DNA of 64,000 nt, from sequence record MH791411.1; one strand, given 5' to 3'. A model generated the notes under the pieces. The model had not been told where the DNA came from, made no database searches, and saw only the letters and a list, made by a program, of their open reading frames with translations. The stretch is from Escherichia phage Ecwhy_1. A program made the position numbers and the translations under genes. Of the stretch, positions 20,371-35,634 are shown one piece after another. The first letter of the stretch is position 1, and every line of letters begins with the position of its first letter.

Positions 20371-20832
20371 TTATTCTAAACGTGCATCTTCAATACCAGC
20401 AGCACGTAGTCTCACAATATTGTTTAACTGAAAAGCTTTCATCTCTAAGGATTTAACAATACTGGAAAACGTATTACGGATATATGATACTTCATTTATT
20501 AGTTCGGATAATTCACAAACTTCTTTATCACCTTCAACATACTTTTTACAGTCAGAAGATGAGAGTGCTCGACGATATGCTTCAAGGAAATATTTAAACT
20601 TTTCAGCTTGTAGTTGACGCATTTCAATTTCTAGCATTTCAAGTACCGCTTCTAGTTCTTGAAGCTGACTGAGACGAGTCTCATGCCAGCCTGGAATCTC
20701 CTGAGCAATCTTTTCAATGATGCCAATCTTTTTAACTTCACGACGAGCTTCTTCAGTTTCTTTTTCGAAGTGTTCAATCATGTCGATTATTTTAGATTTA
20801 TCATCTTTGATGATCCAATGCCAAGGTTTCAT
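20371..20832 (-). CDS. hypothetical coiled-coil protein (possible UvsY-like mediator by position only)
   Basis: 153 aa between uvsX and the exonuclease; helical/charged; no sequence signature recognised. Confidence 0.4.
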   Translation of the reverse strand: MKPWHWIIKDDKSKIIDMIEHFEKETEEARREVKKIGIIEKIAQEIPGWHETRLSQLQELEAVLEMLEIEMRQLQAEKFKYFLEAYRRALSSSDCKKYVEGDKEVCELSELINEVSYIRNTFSSIVKSLEMKAFQLNNIVRLRAAGIEDARLE

Positions 20833-21950
20833 TATTCCTCACTACTTCCAATATCAGTACCAAATGATTCATCACCTTTTTCTTCTTCTTTGACTTCTTC
20901 AATCAAAGGGTGACGTTTGAATTGATTCATAACTAAATCAAGACAAGAATCTTCATTACGCATCCATTCTTTACGATATTTTAGAATCTGTTCACCAGTG
21001 TCAATATCAACGTACATTAGACGGTTACCAGATTTAACGATAAGTTCATATTTCTCGAACATATCTAGTAGACCACTGCGTGGGTCCATACCTTTATCCC
21101 AAGGAATTTTAATCTCAACATCTTCAAATGGTTTGTTGTAACGAGTCTTCATGACTTTACATTTAGAACGAATACCACTTACATCTGAAGTCTTGTTGCC
21201 TTCTTCATCTTCTTTAAGTTTTAGTTTACCCATTGCGATAACCATAGAAGATGCATAAATCAAACCACTACCACCAGATACTTTTGGATCAGGGTTGAAC
21301 ATATCTTGGGATTCATAACTATGGTTTACACAAACCATACCAATGTTAAGTGAACCAATCGAGTTTACGCAGTTGGTGATGTAAGCTTTAAGCTGTTTAG
21401 GTTTGTGACCCATATCACCTTTCAAGTTACCAGCTTTCATCTGGTCATTAGCAACTTCAGTATTCAACATACCAATTGAGTCGATAATGAATAATACTTT
21501 TTGACGTTCTTCTTTAGGAGTATTTTCGTATTCTTTACGATACCCTTCGATGAACTCATAGGTAAATTTAGCAACATCACCAATCATACCCATGTTTACT
21601 TTTAGTAGTTTTTCTTCTGAAGTGTCTACACCTAGTGCTTGTAGCCAATCTGAATCCAATGCGTTCTCGGAATCAATCATAACAACAAAGATACCTTGTT
21701 GTTGTGCTTCACGGGCGATGTTTCCAGAAACGATAAATGATTTACCAGAACCAGATTCACCAGCAAACATTGTTACTTTACCTAGTGGAATACCACGGTC
21801 AAAATAACCACTAATACGATAGTTCAAAGCAAAGTTACCAGTACTAATCCATGTATCAGGATCATGAAAGCCTACGCTAACACCAGTATTCTTTTTAACG
21901 CTACCAGTACTATTTTTTAGAATGTTTGCAAAACCACTTGTCATTTTCAT
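20832..21950 (-). CDS. uvsX: RecA-like recombinase UvsX
   Basis: 372 aa; Walker A GESGSGKS, RecA-fold Walker B region VVMIDSENALD, size near T4 UvsX. Confidence 0.88.
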   Translation of the reverse strand: MKMTSGFANILKNSTGSVKKNTGVSVGFHDPDTWISTGNFALNYRISGYFDRGIPLGKVTMFAGESGSGKSFIVSGNIAREAQQQGIFVVMIDSENALDSDWLQALGVDTSEEKLLKVNMGMIGDVAKFTYEFIEGYRKEYENTPKEERQKVLFIIDSIGMLNTEVANDQMKAGNLKGDMGHKPKQLKAYITNCVNSIGSLNIGMVCVNHSYESQDMFNPDPKVSGGSGLIYASSMVIAMGKLKLKEDEEGNKTSDVSGIRSKCKVMKTRYNKPFEDVEIKIPWDKGMDPRSGLLDMFEKYELIVKSGNRLMYVDIDTGEQILKYRKEWMRNEDSCLDLVMNQFKRHPLIEEVKEEEKGDESFGTDIGSSEE

Positions 21951-21970
21951 AATTCGCTCCTTGAATTTTA

Positions 21971-22001
21971 TGAAATAAAACGGGGCAAACTCCGTTGCCC
22001 C
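21971..22001 (-). terminator. putative rho-independent terminator (GGGGCAA-loop-TTGCCCC, T-run on minus strand)
   Basis: GC-rich hairpin between the gp32-like stop and uvsX start. Confidence 0.5.
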
Positions 22002-22019
22002 TTAACTTTTCAAATACTA

Positions 22020-23069
22020 TTACTTACCTTGTTGTTTCAAACGAGCAACTAGTGCAGATGCAGAAAGTTGTTCTTTTGGAGCTTCAGCTACTGGTGCTGG
22101 TGCAGCAGCTACTGGTTCAGCAGCAGGAGTAGGAGTAGCTACTGGTGCTTGCGGAGCAGGAGTTTGTGCAGGAGCAGGTTGTTGTACTGGAGCTTGTGGA
22201 GCAGGTTTGTTTTCACTAATAGTACCAGTTGTTGGTTTTTGTACACCTGCTGGACGGTAAGCGAAAGCCCAACGTGCAGGGTCATAAGGTTTACCATCAA
22301 CAGATGCTTCGAACATTTCTTCGATAGCTTTTAGTTCTTCTGGAGTTGGTTGTTTTGGCATAAAATCATTTAGATTATATAGACCAAACTTTTCAATCGC
22401 TGCCAGTTCTTCTTCATTGAGTGGACGCTCGGACATGGAGAATTGAGACATGTCATAGCTATTGTAACCACCACCATTCTTAGTTTTAACAATACCAAAG
22501 TCACGACCGTGAATGTAGTGAGTTGGTAGTTCTTTGATGCCTGGGTTTAGCAGGATAGATTTAACTTTATCAAAGATATCTTTGTTAGCTAGGATACGAC
22601 GGATTGGGTTTTCTGGAGCAATATCGTCTTTTACTGCTACGCTATCAGGAGCAACGAAACATTGCATTAGATAGGTTTTCTTTTTCCAGTAACGACCAGC
22701 CATTGCTTTCAGTTCTTCGTTTCCAGTTTCATTCGCACTTTGGAACCATTGACGTACTTCTTTAAGAATTGGACATGATTTAGGAACCCACATTTCGTTA
22801 CATGGTACTTGAACGGTAACTTTATCGGTGTGCATACCAACAATACCTTGGAACGTTAGGTTGATCATATCACGTTCACGCCAGAAGAATGGGTTAGACT
22901 CATCAGCATCTGGTAGAAAACGTAGGTTTAGTGGTTCATTGTAAGGGACATTCCAGAAAGCTAGGAAAGAATCGGCTTTACGTTCACCTGTAAATGTACC
23001 ATTCTTCTGTGCTTCTGCTTTTTCTTGTTCAGCTTTTAGTTTTGCACGAATTTCAGCTAGAGTTTGCAT
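22020..23069 (-). CDS. single-stranded DNA-binding protein (T4 gp32-like)
   Basis: Preferred start at second ATG (AAGGAAG 7 nt upstream). LRFLP motif, Cys/His zinc-site-like residues in OB core; C-terminal tail is Pro/Ala-rich rather than acidic. Confidence 0.7.
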   Translation of the reverse strand: MQTLAEIRAKLKAEQEKAEAQKNGTFTGERKADSFLAFWNVPYNEPLNLRFLPDADESNPFFWRERDMINLTFQGIVGMHTDKVTVQVPCNEMWVPKSCPILKEVRQWFQSANETGNEELKAMAGRYWKKKTYLMQCFVAPDSVAVKDDIAPENPIRRILANKDIFDKVKSILLNPGIKELPTHYIHGRDFGIVKTKNGGGYNSYDMSQFSMSERPLNEEELAAIEKFGLYNLNDFMPKQPTPEELKAIEEMFEASVDGKPYDPARWAFAYRPAGVQKPTTGTISENKPAPQAPVQQPAPAQTPAPQAPVATPTPAAEPVAAAPAPVAEAPKEQLSASALVARLKQQGK

Positions 23070-23242
23070 ATTGGGCTTCCTTGTCATTAGTTTGTTTGTT
23101 AAGTTTTAACGGGCTATTAACGTTGATTTGTCTTCATTGACTCATCAACAATTTACATTATATCATGGGATTTTTAACCGTCCCAAGGTTTTTTTACTCT
23201 GTTTGTCAAGGCTCATTGCCCTGACAAACATCATTATATCAC

Positions 23243-28477
<5,235 letters not shown>

Positions 28478-28494
28478 TCACTTTCCCAGATTTG

Positions 28495-28570
28495 ATAAAT
28501 AATATCATAGAGATCAGGGAATATTGCCTTAAATTTAAATGTGGTTTATATTTTTTGATAAATAATATTA
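28495..28570 (+). promoter_or_regulatory. two tandem late-promoter-like elements (ATAAATAATAT, T4 late TATAAATA-like) upstream of paralogous gene pair
   Basis: GATAAATAATATCATAG at ~28494-28510 and GATAAATAATATTA at ~28557-28570, followed by AAGGAG RBS and ATG at 28611. Confidence 0.5.
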
Positions 28571-28610
28571 AGCAGGGTGTTCCTGCACAAAATTTGACAA
28601 GGAGATTTTT

Positions 28611-29210
28611 ATGAGTCTTAATTCTTTTAACCGTAACTATGGTATGTCTGCTACTGCTCGTGAATACTGGGGTGGTAACAATGGTTTCGTAACCATCGTT
28701 GTTGATCTACCAGCAGATGTTGAAGTTGGTACTACCGCTGTTACTTCTGACGGTTCCGAAATTCAAGATGAAGCACTACAAACTGCAATCAGTAATGCTC
28801 AATACAACCAATTCATGATTACCCAACTACTACAACAACGTGCAGTACTAGTTACTACTTCCGTACTAGCTCTAGACACCGCTGTTGTTATCCCTGCTGA
28901 CTTTAAAACAGTTGGTGGTAACGTAATCGCGTTTGGTACTAGTGGTGCTGATGTTGCGGGTGGTGCTGGTTCTGTTGCTCTAACCTTCATCTGTGAACGT
29001 CAAGACGTATTTGACAAACAAGAAGTTCGCCCAGGTGCTGCTTACTCTGTTCCAGTTGATCCAACTGTTGAACTAGCTAAAGCAATTGCACAAGCTAAAT
29101 TCTTCCGTACCAAATCTTATGTTGCTCTAGGTACTGATGGTGTTGGTGATGCTGCTGCGGCTGACGCTGTTGCAATTAAAGTTCGTGCTGCTCTACCAGT
29201 ACAACTATAA
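28611..29210 (+). CDS. putative abundant late protein, paralog A (199 aa), function unknown
   Basis: Strong RBS, late-promoter-like motifs upstream, biased codon choice (CTA Leu, CGT Arg, GCT Ala); shares segments with the next ORF. Confidence 0.7.
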   Translation: MSLNSFNRNYGMSATAREYWGGNNGFVTIVVDLPADVEVGTTAVTSDGSEIQDEALQTAISNAQYNQFMITQLLQQRAVLVTTSVLALDTAVVIPADFKTVGGNVIAFGTSGADVAGGAGSVALTFICERQDVFDKQEVRPGAAYSVPVDPTVELAKAIAQAKFFRTKSYVALGTDGVGDAAAADAVAIKVRAALPVQL

Positions 29211-29225
29211 TAGGGGGACTACAAT

Positions 29226-29915
29226 ATGTCTAATACTAATACTTCTTTTGAACGTATCAATGGTTATTCCTTTGATAAAATTCTAGGTTACTTCTGTGGT
29301 AAAAACGCCCTAGCATCTATCGCAATTAGTAAAATTGGTAATGTTAACGTGCGTGTTACTGGTGCAGTTGGTTCTTTCGCTGGTCTACAACGTTTCCTAA
29401 ACACTGACGTAGCTGATGAAATCGTTGCATATCTAAACGAAAAAGGTATCATCCGTATCGATGGTACTCCATTTGAAGCAGCAACTCTAGAAGCTGATTA
29501 TAACGCTGCTTACGCTGCACAAACTAACGTTAAACGTATCGTTGATGTTGTTCAACAACGTGCAGTTATCATCGCTACTTCCGAAATCGCTGGCAACGAC
29601 GCTGACCCATTCGCAGTTACTGGTTTTACCAACGCTGCTGACGGTATCCTAAGTGTTGGTGCTGTTGATATCGCTAGTGCTTCAGTAGTTACTTTCCTCG
29701 TTGAACGTGCTAACGTATTTGATAAAGATATTCAATCTTTCCAAGGCGTTCCAAGTACTGAAATCGAAGAAGGCCGTCTACTAATTGATGACCTAACCGC
29801 AGTTCCACTACTCGCTAAAGATGGTGTTACTGAAGTTGTTCTACGTTCCCAAGCTGCTGATGCTGCTGGTGACTTCGGTATCAAACTATTCAAATTCATC
29901 CCAGCGATGGTTTAA
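29226..29915 (+). CDS. putative abundant late protein, paralog B (229 aa), function unknown
   Basis: Paralogous to 28611-29210 (QQRAV-[IL]-TS...VFDK blocks); followed by strong terminator. Confidence 0.7.
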   Translation: MSNTNTSFERINGYSFDKILGYFCGKNALASIAISKIGNVNVRVTGAVGSFAGLQRFLNTDVADEIVAYLNEKGIIRIDGTPFEAATLEADYNAAYAAQTNVKRIVDVVQQRAVIIATSEIAGNDADPFAVTGFTNAADGILSVGAVDIASASVVTFLVERANVFDKDIQSFQGVPSTEIEEGRLLIDDLTAVPLLAKDGVTEVVLRSQAADAAGDFGIKLFKFIPAMV

Positions 29916-29937
29916 TAAATTAAAGATAAAAGAAAAG

Positions 29938-29962
29938 GAGAGCTTTTGCTCTCCTTTTTTTA
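29938..29962. terminator. bidirectional rho-independent terminator (GGAGAGC-tttt-GCTCTCC flanked by A-run and T-run)
   Basis: Perfect 7-bp stem with TTTT loop between convergent genes. Confidence 0.7.
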
Positions 29963-30712
29963 TTTGTATGAACGGAACCCTTCAGGTAAACCAGGTAGAT
30001 TCTCTAACCCTTCGTTCGCATTCACTAGCTTTACGTCATAATCATCACTGAAATCATCCGTAGCTAGTTTACGCCCCATGTCTCTAACGAAGTTGTCAAT
30101 AATTTCTTCTTCGTCATTGCCTGGATGACCTTCCGCTTTTAACTTTTTCCAAAAGTATTCATTATAATCAAAAACAAATTCAACTTCATTTGTTTCTGGA
30201 TTAAGTACTACATCCAAATCAATCCAAGGTTCTTTACGTAAAGTAAAGATTTCCTTTGAATACTCTTGTTGTGTAATCTCTTCATAACGATATGCAAACT
30301 CGATAGCTTTAAGACGTTTGTCATCACCATCAGGCATTAGTTCGATTACTTCCATATCATACTCTTTTTGAGTAATTGCACCAGTACTTAATTTAGCATC
30401 AAGTAATTTTACATTATACTCATCACGGGTAATCTTGGAATACTTCAATTGTACATCTGCCTGTGCTATTAGATAATCAAGAGTTTCTAATACATTGTAT
30501 TTCTTTTTGATATCCAACTGTGCTACATCAACTTCATATGGTGTTAGATATGTAAGTTCTGCAACTAACATATCAGCTTCATAATCATCGTTATAGTAGT
30601 ATGCTTTCGCAATCTCTTTCGCTTTACCAGAAAGTCCCCAATGAGCGGGGACCATCCAGAAAGGAATAAACCTTTTTTTAGCCATTTGATTTCTTACCAA
30701 AAATTTCTTCAA
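29960..30712 (-). CDS. hypothetical protein (250 aa)
   Basis: Clean ORF. Confidence 0.5.
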   Translation of the reverse strand: MKKFLVRNQMAKKRFIPFWMVPAHWGLSGKAKEIAKAYYYNDDYEADMLVAELTYLTPYEVDVAQLDIKKKYNVLETLDYLIAQADVQLKYSKITRDEYNVKLLDAKLSTGAITQKEYDMEVIELMPDGDDKRLKAIEFAYRYEEITQQEYSKEIFTLRKEPWIDLDVVLNPETNEVEFVFDYNEYFWKKLKAEGHPGNDEEEIIDNFVRDMGRKLATDDFSDDYDVKLVNANEGLENLPGLPEGFRSYK

Positions 30713-30980
30713 TTTTCATCACATAATATGTGTCTTCACCACCACCAAGATCTTCAGTGATAGGAGTGTTTAGTGATGAACGACCGAATACAACCATATC
30801 ACCAACACAAATATTATGTTCTGCAATTTGCCCATTAGGTAGTACTTTACCTTCACCAACTGAAATCACCATACCAACACATGGTGGTTCCACGTTTCCT
30901 AGGATAATACCACCAGTACTTTTATTCTGTGCTTCAATTTGACGAACCAGTACATAATCGTTAATCATTTTAATTTTCAT
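30678..30980 (-). CDS. GroES-like co-chaperonin (Cpn10 family)
   Basis: Start at ATG ~30980 with GGAGG 8 nt upstream. MKIKMINDYVLVRQ...KSTGGIILG...GDMVVF resembles GroES mobile loop and beta-barrel. Confidence 0.75.
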   Translation of the reverse strand: MKIKMINDYVLVRQIEAQNKSTGGIILGNVEPPCVGMVISVGEGKVLPNGQIAEHNICVGDMVVFGRSSLNTPITEDLGGGEDTYYVMKIEEIFGKKSNG

Positions 30981-30981
30981 A

Positions 30982-31188
30982 TCAGTAACCTCCAGTGTTT
31001 GCAAACCATTTACCACGGAAATAAAGATTTGCACCTTTATCACCTGGGGTAAAAACTTCCAACTTCATAGTCTTCTCACCATTACATTGAGGACAATCAT
31101 GAGGTTCTTCACGATTGGCAATTTTTACAATCTTTTCTAAACTGTGTTTACATTCTTCTTTTTCACAACGATATGTATATAATGGCAT
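30982..31188 (-). CDS. FmdB-family zinc-ribbon protein (putative regulator)
   Basis: 68 aa; MPLYTYRCEKEECKHSLE...DCPQCNG pattern (CxxC...CxxC). Stop abuts the GroES-like start. Confidence 0.6.
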   Translation of the reverse strand: MPLYTYRCEKEECKHSLEKIVKIANREEPHDCPQCNGEKTMKLEVFTPGDKGANLYFRGKWFANTGGY

Positions 31189-31255
31189 TTTTTGTCTTCC
31201 TTTACTTATTTTTAAATCAAAAATTTGGGGAACTCCATGTTCCCCATTATTTATA

Positions 31256-31987
31256 TTAGCAACCTGTTACGTAAATCTTGTATACCGCAATACCAGTGTC
31301 TAGAGTTACGTTTAGCATACCAGTTTTGGTAATACCTAGGGTAACAGATTCTGCGTTAGAAACGCGGGATAGAGCTTGTAGAACACGGTCAATGTTATAA
31401 CCAAAACCAAGACCTAGTTCACCTTCAGTTTTAGAGAATGCTAGTGCACCAACGTGGTTACTTTTGTTCTTCTCACCAACGTGGAAGTAAAGAGTATCAC
31501 CTTCAGTGTATGGAGTTACTAGAGAACTGAAAGATTTAAACACACCAGAGAAGCTTTTTAGTTCCTGAACTTTAGCTGCACTAGGTGTAACCTGTACGTC
31601 ATATGGTTGTTCGTGGAAACGAGGCTGGGCTGGAATTAGTTTTTCTGGTTGAACCATGAAAGTAGTACTTGCATCTTCTGCTTTGAATGCTAGGCTCTTA
31701 ACTGCACCATCTTTCAAGTTAGAAGTGATAGTAGTTCCTTCAGTACTATAAGTTTTTAGAGACATTAGACCCTGTAGAAGACCTAGGTTACCAAGACCAA
31801 AACGACCTTGAACTTCTGGTACGTCTTCTTTAGTGTGAGCACGCATAACTAGGGTGCGGTCATCGGTGTATGCTTCCATGTAAACACGCTGTCCATCACC
31901 ACGGTCTTCACTGCTAACTGCGATACAAGAAAAGTCGATGCCGTTGGTAGTGTTAACTAGGTCACGTAGTACGTTGCGTAGATCCAT
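31256..31987 (-). CDS. possible DNA polymerase sliding clamp (gp45-like), tentative
   Basis: 243 aa, near gp45 size, close to DNA polymerase; only weak local resemblance. Confidence 0.4.
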   Translation of the reverse strand: MDLRNVLRDLVNTTNGIDFSCIAVSSEDRGDGQRVYMEAYTDDRTLVMRAHTKEDVPEVQGRFGLGNLGLLQGLMSLKTYSTEGTTITSNLKDGAVKSLAFKAEDASTTFMVQPEKLIPAQPRFHEQPYDVQVTPSAAKVQELKSFSGVFKSFSSLVTPYTEGDTLYFHVGEKNKSNHVGALAFSKTEGELGLGFGYNIDRVLQALSRVSNAESVTLGITKTGMLNVTLDTGIAVYKIYVTGC

Positions 31988-32091
31988 TATATAATTCTCC
32001 GTTTTATTTGTTAATCAAAAATGTTTTTGTATGCTTCAGATTACTACAAGCACCATTATATCTCGTGAATGATGCTTGTCTCAATTTTTTA

Positions 32092-32394
32092 TCAGTATTT
32101 TGTGTTCCAACGTTTAAGGTACGGCTTATCAGCGTTTACACCTGCACCAATGTTGAATTTGTAACGTAGATGTTCTAAGTCTTTTAACGTGTTAACATCT
32201 TCAACAATGACAACTTTGCGTTTCTTTTCAATAGAATAGACGTCAACAATCTCACCGTCAATTTCAACAGAACCAGTTCTGGTGAAACCAGCAGACATTA
32301 GAACAACTTCATCATCATTATTGTATGCAAGTACTGAATTTACGATAGTACTATCTTCCAGTACTGCACCAACACGCTTATAGATATTTTCCAT
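32092..32394 (-). CDS. hypothetical protein (~100 aa)
   Basis: Preferred start at internal ATG ~32394 with AAGGAGA upstream (MENIYKRVG...). Confidence 0.5.
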   Translation of the reverse strand: MENIYKRVGAVLEDSTIVNSVLAYNNDDEVVLMSAGFTRTGSVEIDGEIVDVYSIEKKRKVVIVEDVNTLKDLEHLRYKFNIGAGVNADKPYLKRWNTKY

Positions 32395-32546
32395 ATTACT
32401 CTCCTTGGGATGCACTCCATAAAACGTACTGTTCCCACGCCTCGTTAACACTGTCCTCAGACAGTGCCAGTGATTCATCAGATAATACGTCATTTACTTC
32501 GTCATATTTTAGTTTAGTTTCGTCTGCAATAATCATAATATTTTCC

Positions 32547-35500
32547 TTACCAGGTGAAGAATCCGTTATTAACGGCTGCTGTGCTTTTCTCATGAATACC
32601 AATATCCATATCCAGAATACCAAAAATGTTTTCTAATTTTTTAGTTAGAACTATTTCTTCCATTTTCTCTGTATCAAATGGTAGTTCTAAGAACCATTCA
32701 GGTAGATATTCCACACAGTCAATTGGGTAACCTACTGCTTTGATACCCATCGGGTTATCTTTTAAGTTACATACAATTACTTTTGTACCGTCAGTTACTT
32801 CAGGTACAGTTTTGTCATCATATACTTCACGTAGACGGTTCCATTGAATACCTGCTAATACGTGACCAACTTTACATTTACCAGAAACTTCATATTCTGC
32901 TTCTAAGTTGGTATAGTTCTTAACAGTTTTCGGTGAACCCTTTTCGTGTACAGGCATGTCTTTAAATACCTCTTTAAAGTCACGTACACGCTGTTTAAGT
33001 TGAGCTTCAGACTCACCCACCAGCAATGCAATTAGAGTCTCTTCTAGGAAGTTCTGGATGTATTTTGGCGTATCTGAACGTTTAATTTCAAGACCCATCG
33101 CTTTAATTTCACCAGGCTTTCCATCAACATCTTTACGGAAACCATCTTCCCAGTACTTGAGAATTGCATAACGCTTTTTCTTCAGGAATAGACCACGGGA
33201 ACCGACCATCTCTAGGTCTGCACCAACAATCTTACCTTTCTCAATACCAGTATTGAACATTTCGTTCATGAATGAAGGGAATGATTCACCAACTTCATCA
33301 CCGATTTTGATATACATGTCAACGATTTCTTCTTTCGAAAGATTATATGGAATACCTTGTTCTTTCAGATAATGAGTTACACTGAAGTAAACAGAGTCAG
33401 TATCACCGTAAATCACAGAGCCACCTTGGTGATTATAAACGCCAGTAGTGATTTCATTGATACGGCTTGCCATATGTTTAGTCATAGAACGACCAGTTAA
33501 GGTAACGGACTGACCTAAACGTTTATCAAAGAAACGTGAACCTTTGTTCAATAGTGCACCATATAGACTGTTTAGAAGAATCTTACGAATTTGCTGGTTC
33601 TGTTTCCAGAATGCACTTTGCTGTTTGAAGTAATTCTTATCTTCCGTTGCACAGAAAATACGACCATCTTTCAGTACTAAACCATTTTCCACAATGAGTT
33701 TTGCAACTTCTTCCCATTGACCTTTACCAATAGCAATACGTAATAGATAAACAGGATCATTGTCATGTAAGTTTGTACGGAACATTGTACCACTTGTGTA
33801 GTTAGATAGCAAAGGTTCAACCTTCTCAGAACCATTGAATTCCCACCCATCACTATACATGTGTTTGTAGTCGATTACCATTTTTTGTTGTGCTTTACGC
33901 TCAGAATACCATTGAGTAAGAATATCTGGAATTACACCATACTTAGACTTATCAAAAAGTGTTCCGTTAGCACTTAGTACAATAGTACTGTCTTCAGCAA
34001 AGATAATATCATACAATTCTTTACCAGTTGCATTGAACGAACTACCATCTTCTAAATCAACAATCAAAGTTTTGTCAGATTTTTCATGAACCATTGTAAA
34101 TTCTACAGCAGCAAATAAACCATGCCATGCAGCGGTCCAATCAGGTTCAAACGCTTTAGATTTGGATTTAGCTTTTTGCTCTTGTACTTTAGCAGCAAGA
34201 TATGCATCAGTGTAGTCTTGACGAAGTTGTCCAAGAATACATTCAGTACTCATGCCAAGTGTACGTAGTACAGTTGGATACAATGAGTTAAAGTCTGTAC
34301 ATCCCAAATCGCTAACAAGGCCAAGAACTGGATCTTGAACCCATGCACCAGCAGCTTTTGCACTGATTTTCTCATCTTCTTCATCACCTTCTTCACCATA
34401 GTACTCCATCTCTGGATCTAACTCAATATCATCTTTCGGTGCTTTGTTAAAAACAACTTCACCGCGACTGTGAGCAAGGTTGATGATAGCAGTGTCGATT
34501 AGTGCAACCGAACCCATTGTAGTACTAATTAGTACACATTCTTTATGAGCAAGACGGTTGTGCAGGTTGATAAAGTCACATTTAGCATCAATTTTCTTTA
34601 GAAGAATACTATCCTGCTTAGAATAACGCAAGAATGTAATGTAATCTTCACGGTATAGTTTATCCAATGAACCTTCATAGGATACTTTGTTTTCTTTAGT
34701 TACCTTTTCAGCAATATAATCTAGTTTGTACGACTGTTCAACTTGACCAGCATGTTTCTTATAAAGAGCAAGATAGTCTAAGTGTACGCGTCCAATAAGA
34801 TCATATGTTACTACAGTTTTACCAAAGTTATCAGCTTCACGAGCATTTGGTTTTTTATTCCACAAGCACCAACGAGCAGTAGTTGCTTCGTTGAAGATTT
34901 TCTTGGTACGGTTTACCATATATGGAATATCAAAGAATTCACTGTTCCAACCTGAAATTACATCAGAGTCATCGATTAGACTAAAGAACTCCATAAACAT
35001 TTCTTTCTCATCCGTATAAAGGATGACAGTACTGTTAGGGTCGTTAGTTTCTTCGTTTAACTGACGAACAATATCTTGTGCTTCGTACATTTCCATATCA
35101 GTTGGTGGCAAAGTCAGTACATAATCCTTACCAGTCCATGATTGATATAGAGAAATTGCAGTTACGCGGTTGAATGGATCTGATGGTGGAGCATAACCAA
35201 ACTTCTTATGGAAGTCGGTTTCGATATCGAAAAATGCTACGTTCAAATCCGGCGAACCTTTACCCATGTATTCTCTAGCCAACGTTTTGAAGGTAATGTT
35301 GCAATCACTTTCAAAAATACGTAGACCTTCATTTTTATGTTGCTCAACGCTTTTATTCATCTGTGATTGAGTTTCAAACTCCAAATGCTTTGCGTTGGTT
35401 CCATAAATTGTTTTGTGTTCACCAGTAGGAGATTCAACATAATATTCATATACTGGGTCCAACTGACGTAGAATACGTTTACCGTTTTTACGTTCTGCTA

Positions 35501-35552
35501 CGTGCAAAATATCACCAGTACGTTTACGTTCCATATAAGCATCGATATACAT
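32547..35552 (-). CDS. DNA polymerase, family B (T4 gp43-like) with 3'-5' exonuclease domain
   Basis: 1001 aa; Exo I FFDIETD, Pol motif A DFNSLYPTV, motif C YGDTDSVY. Confidence 0.93.
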   Translation of the reverse strand: MYIDAYMERKRTGDILHVAERKNGKRILRQLDPVYEYYVESPTGEHKTIYGTNAKHLEFETQSQMNKSVEQHKNEGLRIFESDCNITFKTLAREYMGKGSPDLNVAFFDIETDFHKKFGYAPPSDPFNRVTAISLYQSWTGKDYVLTLPPTDMEMYEAQDIVRQLNEETNDPNSTVILYTDEKEMFMEFFSLIDDSDVISGWNSEFFDIPYMVNRTKKIFNEATTARWCLWNKKPNAREADNFGKTVVTYDLIGRVHLDYLALYKKHAGQVEQSYKLDYIAEKVTKENKVSYEGSLDKLYREDYITFLRYSKQDSILLKKIDAKCDFINLHNRLAHKECVLISTTMGSVALIDTAIINLAHSRGEVVFNKAPKDDIELDPEMEYYGEEGDEEDEKISAKAAGAWVQDPVLGLVSDLGCTDFNSLYPTVLRTLGMSTECILGQLRQDYTDAYLAAKVQEQKAKSKSKAFEPDWTAAWHGLFAAVEFTMVHEKSDKTLIVDLEDGSSFNATGKELYDIIFAEDSTIVLSANGTLFDKSKYGVIPDILTQWYSERKAQQKMVIDYKHMYSDGWEFNGSEKVEPLLSNYTSGTMFRTNLHDNDPVYLLRIAIGKGQWEEVAKLIVENGLVLKDGRIFCATEDKNYFKQQSAFWKQNQQIRKILLNSLYGALLNKGSRFFDKRLGQSVTLTGRSMTKHMASRINEITTGVYNHQGGSVIYGDTDSVYFSVTHYLKEQGIPYNLSKEEIVDMYIKIGDEVGESFPSFMNEMFNTGIEKGKIVGADLEMVGSRGLFLKKKRYAILKYWEDGFRKDVDGKPGEIKAMGLEIKRSDTPKYIQNFLEETLIALLVGESEAQLKQRVRDFKEVFKDMPVHEKGSPKTVKNYTNLEAEYEVSGKCKVGHVLAGIQWNRLREVYDDKTVPEVTDGTKVIVCNLKDNPMGIKAVGYPIDCVEYLPEWFLELPFDTEKMEEIVLTKKLENIFGILDMDIGIHEKSTAAVNNGFFTW

Positions 35553-35634
35553 CGTTTGTATTCCTTTACGTTTATTAAGTTAAAAATAAAGCCCCCATTC
35601 ATTGGAGGCTATAAAGTTTAGTTTTTAGTACTTA

